DNA from: the human T2T-CHM13v2.0 reference genome, Homo sapiens
DNA: 64,000 nucleotides
NCBI RefSeq assembly: GCF_009914755.1
Contig: NC_060939.1
Direction: 5' to 3' (one strand)
This document shows positions 45,131 through 62,440 of this stretch, in pieces (the stretch's first letter is position 1; each line of letters opens with the position of its first letter). Made by a program: the position numbers and the translations under genes. A model generated the notes under the pieces. That model worked only from the letters and a program-made list of their open reading frames with translations, was not told the DNA's origin and made no database searches.

Positions 45131-45941
45131 TATTTCTGTGTAATATAACCCTGAGTGGGGTATTCCAATAAGAAAAATGGCTAGAGTGGTAATGAAATAA
45201 TAATTCAATTATAGGAAGAAGTATGGCATGACAGGTTTCATGAACTTGATAGCAGGGAGTGACAAGGAGATCTTCACTTGGAAAAGATGTAGAGACTAAG
45301 AACTGTTATATGAAGGGAGGTGATGAATAAAGAGATTTAAGAGAGTAAGGAGAGGTGTGGGCTGTGCCTCAGGTCTGCAAGAGGTGAGAGATGAGTGCTG
45401 AAGGAAAGCTAGGTAGAAATGGGCATACATCCTTCATGCTGGTTCTCCTACCTGCTCAGAGCCACAGCCGGCCAACTCCTATGCTGTGGAGTCATTGTCA
45501 CTGGTGGTTCCTATACTTCTCTATTGCGACAAAGCAATGAAGTGACATCAGGAAAAATGAGGAGGAGACAACACTGGCTCTTTCCATGATGAGGCCAGAT
45601 GACTCCTTCCCACTGGCAGCCTCTTTAGTTTTTTGTGGTTCTTAGGTTGGTTCTCTGTAGACAAACCAAAAAGAAGATAAAAGAGCAAGCCTTTCCTTAC
45701 ATTTCTGCCACTGTTCCCTGAGTGAGCTGATGGGGAATATGTTGTAGAATTGTGAGGGAACAATAAGGGAACAGGAGGGAAACCATAGTTCCCTCCCACA
45801 AACACATATACATGCCCCAGATTCAGGATGTGTTTCCATCCAGTTTTCTATTTTCTTTTGTGCTCATACCTTGATATGTTCATAGGCATCATACTCAGTG
45901 TGAAATAAAGATGTTGTTTCTTGGCATATAGTTATAATAAT

Positions 45942-46236
45942 AATTATTATTATTTAAGACGGAGTTCCACTCTTGTCACGTAGGCTGGAGTGCAGTGGCG
46001 CAATCTTGGCTCACTACAACCTCCGCCTCCTGGGTTTCAGAGATTCTCCTGCCTCAACTTCCCAAGCATCTGGGATTACAGGCACCCGACACCGTGCCCA
46101 GCTAATTTTTTGTATTTAGTAGAAATGGGGTTTCACCATGTCGGTCAGGATGGTTTTGAACTCCTGACCTCAGGTGATCCACCCACCTCAGCCTCCCAAA
46201 GTGCTGGGATTACAGGCATGAGGCATGGCACCCAGC
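45942..46236 (-). mobile_element. AluSq-like
   Basis: gagttccactcttgtc, cctgacctcaggtgatcc; degenerate TSD tggcatatagtta/tggcttataatta. Confidence 0.93.
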
Positions 46237-46457
46237 TGGCTTATAATTAGATTAAAGCCATTACACACACACAACTTAAAAACACACACACATTAATGCT
46301 GAGTGGGCAGATTTCAAAGGAAAATGCACACATATATATTGAAGATCATTAGAACATCTATCTATCTATCTATCTATAAATCAAATCTCCTGTCTTCCTC
46401 CAACTATTGCACATTTTACTACTACCTTCTATTGTCTCTTTTGATATAGAGATACAG

Positions 46458-46459
<2 letters not shown>

Positions 46460-46490
<31 letters not shown>
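46460..46490. repeat. (TG)15 microsatellite
   Basis: Perfect run; nearby (TCTA)n at ~46357-46377 and (TA)n at ~46510. Confidence 0.95.
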
Positions 46491-46492
<2 letters not shown>

Positions 46493-46955
46493 TTCCTGCT
46501 ACAAAGAGATATATATATATATATTTTATTTGTCTGCATACTGTCTCTCTGGGTCTCTTTCAAATATCTTATTTTGTCAAATGAAGGTAAATTTTTAAAA
46601 ATGAATAAAATTGCTTGGCACAAGTGTGCTATATTTTAAAATGTACATAGGCGTGACTCATGGCCTGGCATGTAGCAAGCGCTCTGTAAACAGTAGCAGG
46701 GGTGCCGTACCTCACAGGTGTGGCTGCTAGAATTTCAATAAAGTAGAAATGAGATACGACTTTTATGCTCACTTTGCTCTTGATTCTCATTGCTTATTCA
46801 TTTTAATTGTACAGCAAATATTTATGGAGGTGCCAGCACATGCTTGGTGTGGTGCTTGACAATGAGGATACCAAGTTTACTGCAGCAAGGTCTATGACCT
46901 CAAAGAGCTCAGCATTGCAAAGGAGATAAATATTATGAATAAATAAAGTTTATTG

Positions 46956-48420
<1,465 letters not shown>

Positions 48421-48721
48421 ATAACCACATTGTGTAGTATGAGCTGAGCCTTGATTTCCTCCTACGTAGGGTATGTTTCAGGGAGAATGACATCTGGGAG
48501 AATGAGCACAGCTGAGCATTATTAGGTGGGGTTTCAATGGTAAAGATCCCACATACTGCTGCTCTGCTCCTTTTATAATATTCCATAAGGGAAAATGTGA
48601 CCCCTTTTAATTTCAAGATCACATTTCACTTTATTATTAATGAAAACATTTGTCAAAAGCATTTGGTGTAAATGTGCAGTATTTTAAAATGTAAATGGGC
48701 TTCATGAAATTAACTTTTTCT

Positions 48722-49410
48722 GATAAACATAGATGCAAAAATCCCCAACAAAATGCTATCAAATCAAATCAAATAACATATCAAAAAAGTTAATACAACA
48801 TAATCAACTAGTATCTATCCCAGGGATGCAAGGAAGGTTCAACATACACAGATAAATAAATGTGATATATCACATCAACAGAATGAAGGACCAAAACCAT
48901 ATGTTCATCTCTACAGAACACAGAAAAAAATCCTTTCTGTGTCTATTGAGATAAAAATATGGGATCTTTATATGTTAATTTTGTATCTTGCAAGTTTACT
49001 AAATTCATTTATCAGTTTGATAAAATTCAACACCGCTTCATAATAAAAGCTCTTAATAATTTAAGCATAGAAGGAATATACCTCAACTTAATAAAGGTCC
49101 TATGTGACAATTACACAGCTAACATCATACTTGAATGAGAAAAAATTGAAAGCACTTCCTCTAGAACTAGAACAAGACAAGGATGCCCACTCTCACCACT
49201 CCTGTTCAACGCAGTACTGGAAATGCCAGCCATAGCAATCAGGCAAGAGAAAAAAATAAAAGGCATCCAAATTGGAAAAAAAAAGAAGTCAAATTATCCC
49301 TCTTGCAAATACATCATCTCATATATAGAAAAACTTAAAGATGCCACCAAAAACTCTTAGAAATGGTAAACAAATTCAGTAAACTGGCAAAATACAGATT
49401 TACATACAAA
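48722..49410 (+). mobile_element. Internal L1 ORF2 fragment (L1MA/L1PB age), no tail, with inverted templated insert
   Basis: aacatagatgcaaaaatccccaacaaaat...aacaagacaaggatgcccactctcaccactcc...catacaaa; truncated at both ends. Confidence 0.88.
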
Positions 49411-49711
49411 GGTCCCATTTTTAACTACATGGGTTTTTCTGACTCTCTTCATCCATTACACATTATTGTCCATTATGCATTATTGCCAATATTCTGGCAA
49501 TAGAATATTGTCTCATGTGACATGAAATGGGGTTCTGAAGTCAAATGAATTTGGGAAATCTAAGTTATACAAGAAACATAAATATCTCTATTGCAGGCCT
49601 AAGAAGTCTTTAATATGCTAGAGTGCATTATAAGGCTCCAAAAGATAGAAGTTGTGTGGGGGAAGATAATTTGACCATGAAGCCACTTCTACATACTTAA
49701 AAAAATATCCC

Positions 49712-50393
<682 letters not shown>

Positions 50394-52234
50394 TTAGACA
50401 TGTGAGAGTAACAGGTGAAAACCATGATTTGCAATCTTCAAAAGACCTGGGTTCAAATCCCACCTCTGCCAACTAACTTACTGTACCAGCTCCCATAAAT
50501 AATCTATCCACCCTTAGAATAACAGACTTACCTTGGCACTTGGAAAGTACAGGAAATGGCAGCAACTATCATTATTACTTTTATCATTGTCCCTTTCAAA
50601 ACCCTAATGCACTGGAAACAAGGGAGGATGCAAAGATAATTTTCACTCCTTAAACAGCAGGATGGCAGAGAGGACTGGATACCTCCAGGGTTTTGTGACA
50701 CTAAGTTTATAAAGACCCTCCCTCTCCAGAAGGGTGGCCTAATGAATCACTGAGCCCTGCTATGAAGAGAAATGTTTATGGTTTTCTGATGCTGCAGCTG
50801 GCTAGTTCGATAACACTCTTAAATATCCCCTTTCACCTTTAAAGCCTGATACATTTGCCTCCTGTTTACTGTTCCAGGAGTTCTAAAGCTATAAAAATAA
50901 CCTCACTTTAAAGAGGCAATACATTTTTTTTTAAAGCATAAAAGTGACCTGGCTAGAGCCTTAGTAATTTAAAGAATAGAAGCCCAGCAAGTACATTTCA
51001 TTCACTACAGCTCAGTCTTCTATCAGGGAAGAGTTGGACAGTTTTGTCTCTTTTGTTGTAAAGTATAAAGAAGAAAATTGTTTCCCTAGCATCCCCATAC
51101 TGGGATTGCCCCAGACCTTTCAGACATGGGAGCTCATGCTGAATTTCATTAACTAGGTAACCATTAACTGCTCTGAACCTCTGTATATATAAATTGAAGA
51201 GGTTAACATTTTTTGCTCCAGCTTGCCCACCCAGAAAGTTCTAAGATTCTTGACATAAAATTGTTGCCAGGTATGCCCCACACTCTTGTGTTCTTTTAGT
51301 CTGAAGATCTGAGGGAAGGAGTAAAATTGGGAGTTCTGCTAACATGCGAGTAGATTCAAGATGATCCAAAATTGTCCCTGATTTTAAGGAGATTGCTGTC
51401 TAATTGGGGACATAAGACTGAAATAGAAAACAGTCAGTGTGAAGTTGAGTGATAATTATGGCACACAATTTATAAGTGCTTGTAGAAGATTAGTAGACAG
51501 TGTGATTACATCCGTTCAGAAATGGCTTCATGGGGAGCTGGGTAGACAGATGAATGAGTGTTGGACAGATCAAGAAAAAGAAGGTGTTCTATTCAGGATC
51601 TTTTTACTGGCAAAGATAAGGAAATGATGTAAGGTATCCCAAGTAAAAATCAAGTTTTAATACAATGATAAGGTATTTTGTGAATTCCAGTTAGGAAAGA
51701 AAATACAGCCAAATTTTAGGTGAATAGAAATTGATAACTGGAATGCCGCAGGATCCAGAGGTGAGATCCCCTCCATCCCTGAGAGGATACACAGTTGACT
51801 ATAGATCCTCAAGTATACCTGCTCAACCTCCTCTCTCTCAGAGGACACATGGAAGAACGACTGCTTACTCTTTATTTTGCCTGGGAGCACACTCAAATGG
51901 CAGCTCCAGCCTCTGAATGGTAAAACTCCTCTATGTGGGCAGAACACTACACATCATTTGCTACTAGCCAGTCTTTTGATTGCATCCTCACAAGTTAGGG
52001 GACCACTGTGGTTTGTCAGCTATGCCCAAGGGTAGGGTCACATAGTACAGAGGACTTTTCGTTCCAAGGGCTACAGGCAGGACTGTTTATATTAGCAGGA
52101 AAAGGTTCCTCAACAAGGAAGACAAACAATACTGCTGGTGCAAAGTGTCACATCAGGTTACAGAAAATGAGGGGCAGAAACACTGAGCCTGTAAAGAGAA
52201 TTTCCTAGCCCAAGTGAACAGTGGTCTAAGGCAA

Positions 52235-52237
<3 letters not shown>

Positions 52238-52282
<45 letters not shown>
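52238..52282 (+). repeat. A45 homopolymer inside a MIR-like fragment
   Basis: Pure A run with no Alu or L1 body upstream. Confidence 0.95.
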
Positions 52283-52284
<2 letters not shown>

Positions 52285-52579
52285 ATTCAACCAGATGAAG
52301 CATGGCTTTGAAATTCAAGGAAATGATGAATGATTAGAAAGAAAATAAGCACTGATAATGTAAATAAATAGGATAATGGATTTTGACCATTATGGTGGGG
52401 ACAATGTTGAAGTCTTGAACTATAAGACATCATAGTTCTGCATGTTGATGAAGTCTCTTGAAATTTAGATCAGGAGGCAATCAAACAGCAATGAGAAAGG
52501 AACTCTATACACTGTTCTAATTGACCTTCAGGAAAAGAATTTAGTCCCTTACTGAATTTTGAAACACCACAGCTTGATG

Positions 52580-52780
52580 AAAAAGATCCTTGGCTCCAGT
52601 TTCTAATTTAGCTTTAATATTTGCTAGCAGACATTTTTTTTTTAACCTCTCCTTGTTTTAGTTATTCAATCTGCAAAACAAAAGGACAATGCTTACATTT
52701 AAGAGTTATTTTAAGAATTCATACAGTGTGCCTAGGATAGTGTCTGGTATATGGTAGATGTTTTATAAATGTTAATTTCA
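52580..52780 (+). mobile_element. MIR
   Basis: taacctctcc...caatctgcaaaac...atagtgtctggtatatggtagatgt. Confidence 0.6.
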
Positions 52781-54339
52781 GTTTTTCTCTATTCGTCTTC
52801 AGATCTAGGTCCATATTAATTCTCTTTATCCACTGGAGTTTTTTTTTTTTTTAAACTATGAGTGGCTTAAAACCCATGCCACGCTAAAGATGATGAAAGG
52901 GAAGGGTAAGCTTTTTTGTGTGGAGAGGAGGGTTGAGAGGCCGGCAGTGACTCTGAACCAGCAGTGAGGCATTGAGCCATCTATACTCACTGATGACATG
53001 GCTATTCTTTTTATTGGGCATACATAAAGAAACGTGACCCAGACTGCAAAGGACCAATTGTGTCACAGCTTCTTTCCTAGAGGATTTCCTTTTTGTACTT
53101 TTTATGAGCCCCTACAAATGGAATCAGACGGCATGGCTTTTCCAGACATTTTGTAGAGGAAGATTGATTAAAATTAGTTACAGATGAAACAATGCCCTCT
53201 GCTTTTGTCGAGTCCCTTTGTCAAGAAATATATGACAGAAGTGACTAAACTCTTCTTTACCCACACTTTGGCAAAAGCCAAAAGTTGTTTCTCTGTTAAT
53301 CTGACCTTATCCTTATTTACCAATGAGGCTTTCTTTAGCTTGTTGTTCCCATGGGCTTGAAGTATCACGAGATCAGATTATGGGATGCAGGGAAGGAAAA
53401 AGAAGCACCTACCCTCATCTTCTGTTTGTCCCTATGTTCTGCCTATTGCCTCTGCCTCTCCAAGTTACCTCCCCGTAGGCCAGTCTCAGGGCTGTGGCTT
53501 TCCCAAGGATTTGCCCATTTTGCCACAGAGAGGGACTTGGACTCTGATAATATTGCCATTAGCAGTGTCAGAAAAGAACCTCTTTCCTTCAGTGCTCTAT
53601 TCATTCCTCTGATAGAATCTGGGTAAATACAAGTCTCCTTATGCAGAATAAACGGTCCCTGCTGCTCTCTCTGCTTTGGTCTGTTAGTCACTAAATTAAA
53701 TTCTGCATTGGAAAGAATCAGAAGCCTACAGGTAGCTTAGTTCAGCAAATAATGAGAAAACCAAACTGAAAATCAACATACTTCAATGCTTGTTATATGG
53801 ATAAATTCTGTGGACGCTGTGGGGGTAATAGTATCATATATAATTTATTCAAAAAATTTGTATTTTGTTTTGTAGCACCTAGATGAAAGCAGGGCTCAAT
53901 AATTGTAAGCTGGATGAATGGATGCATTTTGAAGACTCCCAAGGAGCGTGGTCACAGCAATGTTAAAGACTTGAACATATAGCTCCTCAAGACACCCAAG
54001 TTATATTTTTCTTTAAAAAGTATTTTTTTAAATTATTTATTTCGATAGTTTTATTAAGGTGTAATTTACGTATCTTAAAATTCATCTACTTAAGTGGGCT
54101 ATTGACTTTGCGATTATTTTTGACCCAACATTTGTTATAATGGAAGGAAGGAAGAATATCTCTCTGACTGAAACTCTAGGGGAGCCTAAGGGGGTTAAAT
54201 GTTATCATCAAATCTGTCACTCCCCTAGGTTCTGGGGAACATCTTTCAAATCCACTTCATCCTATTTTCATCCTTACAGCTTCTCAGAACCACCTGGGCT
54301 GTTTTTCCCCTCTTAGTAGGCTGAGCTTCTGGCAAGAGA

Positions 54340-54353
54340 GCGTCCCCTGGTGT
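54340..54353 (-). promoter_or_regulatory. CTCF-like motif
   Basis: Reverse strand ACACCAGGGGACGC vs core CCACCAGGGGGCGC (2 mismatches); local CpGs retained. Confidence 0.3.
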
Positions 54354-54414
54354 CGGGTTGTGAGATGAAGGTTGTGGCCATAGTGCATGTGGGATCTTCA
54401 CTTACATACACTGG

Positions 54415-54607
54415 GGAGCGTTCTTACCTGAATAACCCAATGGACCTCCATTAGAGGAGTGTGCTTTTAAAGTGCAGATTCCCAGGTTTCACTTTCCAAA
54501 TGGCTGGTTCTGGAGGGCTAATGTAGGCCCAAGAAATCTGTATTCTAAAGAAGCCCCCAAGGGGATTCTGATGCGGATGATCCCTGAAAAATATCTGAGA
54601 GCTTCTG
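54415..54607. mobile_element. MER5A/B (hAT-Charlie) DNA transposon
   Basis: cttttaaagtgcagattcccagg...ggcccaagaaatctgtattctaaagaagccccc...gattctgatgc. Confidence 0.8.
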
Positions 54608-55026
54608 AATGACCTTATAGCAATATTGGAAAGGTTATGAGTTGGAAATGTTGACTGCCCTAGTCTAACCAGTTCTAGCTTTAACTACCTAATATGGCCT
54701 TTCCAGTGTATCTGATCACACCCCCCCATCCCCCGCAACACACACACGTCTACACACAATCTTTATTTTTGACAAAAAGAAAAGACAAGTTGATATGGGT
54801 AAGTTAGGAAAAGATAACTTAGAAGTAAAATAAATCATAATTTTCTGGGAAAATATTTTTTAGAACAATGCCATCTTATTTAAATATATATATTTACTTT
54901 CAAGGGATACAGATACATATGCATCCACCCTTCCAAATGTTAGCTGAGACCAGATTCTTGCTGAGAAATGAATGAAATGGGAGATTCAACTCTAGTTTAA
55001 AACACAAACATTTCCAATGACTAACG

Positions 55027-55140
55027 GTTTCCTGCCACCTTAGTTAAGGCAGGACTTCCTATTGACAGGAATAATTAGCTTTGGAAATAAAAGTGGAAAT
55101 GGAAACTAAGGATGCTAGCTGACGAGCCCGCTTTGCATAT
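55027..55140. promoter_or_regulatory. Candidate IRF/ETS regulatory cluster
   Basis: ISRE-consensus GAAATGGAAACT 55096-55107, ETS-type acttcct and tttcctg upstream, TGACG half-CRE at 55120, octamer-like CTTTGCAT; motif evidence only. Confidence 0.3.
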
Positions 55141-57169
55141 TTATATATTCTGCCATGTCTTTGCATTGTGCTTTCTGCTCAGGAATAAATTTGCCTTTAT
55201 TGTTTGTCCCGGCCTACCCCATTCTCACAGAGCTCCTGCCGTGCCAACAGAGATATGAAACAAGGCCAAGTGATCTGCTATTGAAGCTGGAAGAAATATC
55301 TCCCTCCCAGTGACCTTCCTAGATAATGAGCAGATATGGTTTTCTAATATAAAGGGAATAAATCAAGGGACCTTTCAGGGAATCAGGGCAATAACAGTGG
55401 AGTCCAAGACCATCAATTCCGAAAGCAAAGGGCAGAGGCACCTTTCTTTATAGATCAACATTAGACTAAGGCAAGAAGGGAGACATTCACCCCCAGAGGG
55501 GGGGAGGAGTTAAAATAGATCAGCTCTCCCTTCCCCGTGTTTCTCCCACCCTCCCTCTTTGCACTGAGTCCTGAGACTAATATGGGAGAAAATCACACTT
55601 TCACAGGATGTCTCACTCGCTGTTATTTTCTATCAGTTGAGTTAATACATAGTTTTGAGAGATGGGTTGTTTGTCTTTGCCTTTAACTCATTATAATTTT
55701 TTGGTGTGAATTCAGTGCTAGACCCAGGTGCCAGATTGGTGTCATTCTGCAAACCTCTGTTGATCTGCGGAGCAGCTCTATCCTGCTCTTGGTCTTCATC
55801 TGAAACCATTGATCTCTCTCGAGAAGTACCTATTAGGGATAGGGCTAAAAGCGGGGCCAGGAAGAGTTTGGGACCAGGTGGACCACTGGGGGAAGACAAG
55901 GTAATAGAGTATGTCTTTCCGTAGACGTACTGCTGTTTGCTGATCCATTTCTTATATATGTAGCACCAAAATACACCAGTGAAAACAAAGGAGAGAGTAT
56001 GTTTAATTCAAGGAATGACATCCTGGCATATTAAGAATAAACATATAGATAATTTTGATAGAAATAATTGCTATTTGCTGAGGTCTTAGTATGTGATGGG
56101 CATTGTCCCCAATCTTTCTGAATACATTAACCTTGAAGAAGGGGTATTATTATCCCCATTTAAAAAATAGGAATATAGAGGCTGTAAGTTTACATGACCT
56201 GCTCTGAATTACACAAGTATAGAAAATATTAAGTGAAACATTATATTGAGGGCCGTCTGACCCCCAAAGTCCATTGTTTTAAACACGCATCTATGCCACA
56301 GGAAAAGTTGTCAGTAAATGGTCTAAAAAGGAGGTGCAGAGAACTGGGAACTACTGCCCAGAGAGGCTCAGTCTTTTTCTGGACCTTATGTAGGAACCAG
56401 TTTTTTGGACCAAAATCTTGGTCAAGGGGAGATGGCATTGAGGGCCTGGCATTTTCAAATACTACGTGGTGCATGTCAGATTTCAGAAATTTTATTTAAA
56501 TCCCACCTCCCGATTTTATCTGTGAAGAAACAGACCTAAAGGGGAAAATGGATTGTCCAAGGCTGAGCCGAAATTGTAACTCAGGTCTTTGGTGTATAAG
56601 CCTCTCCTACTGGTAGCCAGTCATTATTTGGTGGCAGTTAAAACATCTTGTTAACGCAGTAAGATCTATTTAGCTCATCTTTCCCATGACACCTGGAGAA
56701 CCCCAGGCACTTGGTCTCACACAGGCTGTCAGCAATAGATTTGGGACAGAAACTCACAGCCCAACACCATGGGCACCAGAGCACATCTGGTCTAAGATAC
56801 TCTGATGTCTCTCTTTCAGGTAGAGAATACAGCTCCCATTCTTTGATGTGCTAAGAAGCCAGGGCAGTGCAGGATAGTGACCCATTTGGTTCCTGTTGGG
56901 GCTTCTTGTGGTTATGCCTCTCACCTAGTACTTCATCCCAGTAAGGGCCTCCCCTCTGCCTCTTTTCTCCCTTCCCTGAAGTCTGTTCACCACACTGTAG
57001 CCCAAGAGAGTTTTCACAACACACCTGGTTATGTTTCGCTCTTATTGACAAGATGAAGTAGACTCCTTCTGCACATCCTTCTTCACATGACTTATGCATG
57101 ACCTTGTAAGAAATGGTTGTTTCTTGTTCTGTAAACCCATCCATATTGAAAAGGTTTTATTTCTTCAAA

Positions 57170-57540
57170 CATGACATATGTCTCTTGCCTCTGAGCCTTT
57201 AACCTTGCTATTCCCAGTTCCTAAATCTTTGTATGTCTGGCCCAAGTCCTGGTCATTCCTGAGGTCTCAGTATAAACATCACTTCACTCAGTAAGTTTAC
57301 CCTTGATTTTTTTATTTTGGGTTCAGAACATACCTTGCACAGAGCTCAGGCCTAGACTTATCACCCCATATTATAATTCCCTGATCGTGCACATCAGCCT
57401 CCACCAATAGACTGTGAGGTCCCAGGAGCTGGTAACCATGTTTGTCTGATTTACATTATATCCCCAGTGCTTAGGAGAAGGTCCAGCACAAAATAGGTAC
57501 CAAACAAATATTTCTTCAATGAAGCACTTATTGGATGTTT
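57170..57540 (+). mobile_element. L2 3' end
   Basis: ttgcctctgagccttt...aggtctcagtataaacatcac...atagactgtgaggtcccagg...tatatccccagtgcttag. Confidence 0.8.
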
Positions 57541-58339
57541 TGTGAACACATCCTTTCTCTTCTGTGTATTTTATGGCAGCCACTGTATCTAGTGTTGGTC
57601 ATTAAATGGAGAGGAAATTAGTATGACGCTGGCCCCCTAAAGACTTCAGTCTATTGGCCGAAACACATGTAACTATGCAACAACATAGGCACACACAAAC
57701 AATATAACTATAAATTCTGATAAATATTCTATGTAAACATTACAAGAGACCCTATTACATGGTGACCTAAACTTTTTCAATCATAGATTACCTTCTGATA
57801 CTGTTTAACTATTAAGGAATTGATAAGATCGCATGAAAAAATATTCAGTAACTCAGCAATTAAGTGGCATGCTCATTTCCATAATGGAAACTGGAAGTGA
57901 ATAGGGATGATACCACCAATGTCTCAGCTTCACAGCCCCCCGAGCATATGCACCCCAGGACTCTAGAGGGATCACTTTTGCCCTTCCGCCTTTAAAAGAG
58001 CATGGGCCCCAAATATAGGCCATGATTTCATGCTGCTTTTCCTTAGAAATCCATGGCCATGAGAGGAGAATGTAAGAGTATTTTCCTGCCTCAAATAATG
58101 CTTATTAAGGAGTTTGTAAAAATATTTGAAAGAAAACAGTAATAGCCCATGTCTCCATTGTCTAGATGGTTGCTGATGACATTTTGTAGATTAAAGTAAT
58201 ATACAAACTTAGTTAGAAAATTAAACTGACAGATAAAAATTGAAATAAATAAAAATAATAAAACATACAAAATTGCAAAATGTCTAAGTATGAAAGTCTA
58301 AAAAACACGAAGTGAAATTTCTTGCCAAAGGCAATAATT

Positions 58340-60965
<2,626 letters not shown>

Positions 60966-61124
60966 CTAGAGGCAATAATTTTTAATACTCAGGATTCCCT
61001 GCAGAAAAGTTTTCTAGTCAAATAACTGTGTGTGTGCATGTGTGTATATATATGTAATTATTATTAATACCAAAAGGAGTCATTCAACAATGTTGTTTTG
61101 TACTTTTTTATTTTTAATTATTAA

Positions 61125-61232
61125 GTATAAGATTTAAAAATTAACACATAGTAATTTTACATATTTATGGGGTACAGATTGGTATTTCAATACCTGTATA
61201 CAATGTGTAATGATCAAATCAGGGTAATTGAC
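61125..61232 (-). mobile_element. L1MA 3' terminal fragment within older L1M-like sequence
   Basis: acatatttatggggtacag...atacaatgtgtaatgatcaaatcagggtaattg. Confidence 0.75.
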
Positions 61233-61493
61233 ATTTTATTTTTCAGCGAAAAATAGAACCTGGTAATTTCTGTATAACAATAACACCGAACTCCCTTTTT
61301 CTTTTTAATAGCTGTGTAATCTTTTGTCTTATGGCTAGATCATCAGTTATTTAACAAGCAATTGTAGTTGTTTGTTTTTGCTTTGAAAAACAATCCTGGC
61401 AGGAACATTCATTGGCATTTTCCTTCTAGTGTAACTGTAAATTAGGTATTAAGCAATGGGATTGCTTATAAGAATGATATGTGATCATTTTAT

Positions 61494-62440
61494 TTTTTAT
61501 TTTTTAATTTTTTTAAACTTCAGGGGTACAAGTGCAGGTTTGTTGTGTAGGTAATTGTGTCATGGGCATTTGTTGTACAGATTATTTAATTGCCCAGGTA
61601 TTAAGCCTAGTACCTCTTAGTTATTTTTTCTCGTCCTTTGCCTCTTCCCGCCTTCCACCCTCTGATAGGCCCCAGCGTGTGTGTTGTTCCCCTATATGTT
61701 CATGTGTTCTCATCATTTAGCTCCTACTTATAAGCAAGGACATGTGATATTTGGTTCTCTGTTCCTGCATTAGTTTGCCGAGGATAATGGCTTCCAGTTC
61801 CATCCATGTCCCTGTAAAGGACATGATCTCATTCTTTTTTGTGGCTGCATAGCATTCCATGGTGTATGTGTACCACATTTTTTAAATACAGTCTATTGTC
61901 AGTAGGAATGTAGGTTGATTCCATGTCTTCACTATTGTGAATAGTGCTGCAGTGAACATAAATATGCATGTATCTTTATAATAGAATGACATATATTCAG
62001 TAATGGGATTGCTGGGTCGAATGGTATTTATGTCTTTAGGTCTTTGAGGAATCACCACACTGTCTTCCACAATGGCTGAACTAATTTACAGTCCTACCAA
62101 CAGTGTGTAAGTGTTCCTTTTTCTTCACAACCTTGCCAGCATCTGTTATTTTTTGACTTTTTAATAATAGCCACTCTGAGTCATATGCAGAAGGTTGAAA
62201 CTAAACCCCTTTCTTACAGCATATACAAAATTAACTCAAGACAGATTAAAGACTTAAACATAAAACCCCAAACAATAACAACTCTGGAAGACAACCTAGG
62301 CCATACCATTCAGGATGTAGGCATGGGCAAAGATTTCATGACTAAGATGCCAAAAGCAATGTCAACAAAAGCAAAAACTGACAAATGGGATCTAAATAAA
62401 CTAAGGAGCTTCTGCACAGAAAAAGAAACTATCAACAGAG
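61494..62440 (-). mobile_element. L1PA10-13-like LINE-1 with 5' inversion and internal deletion (twin priming)
   Basis: - segment 61494-62180 (ttgttgtacagattattt..cccaggtattaagcctagtacc); inverted + segment 62181-62440; TSD cattttat at 61486-61493 and 62441-62448. Confidence 0.88.

Noticed and set aside
54175-54230. Inverted repeat ctaggggag...ctcccctag as a MITE or hairpin RNA
   Set aside because: Only 9-bp arms, no TSD; expected by chance
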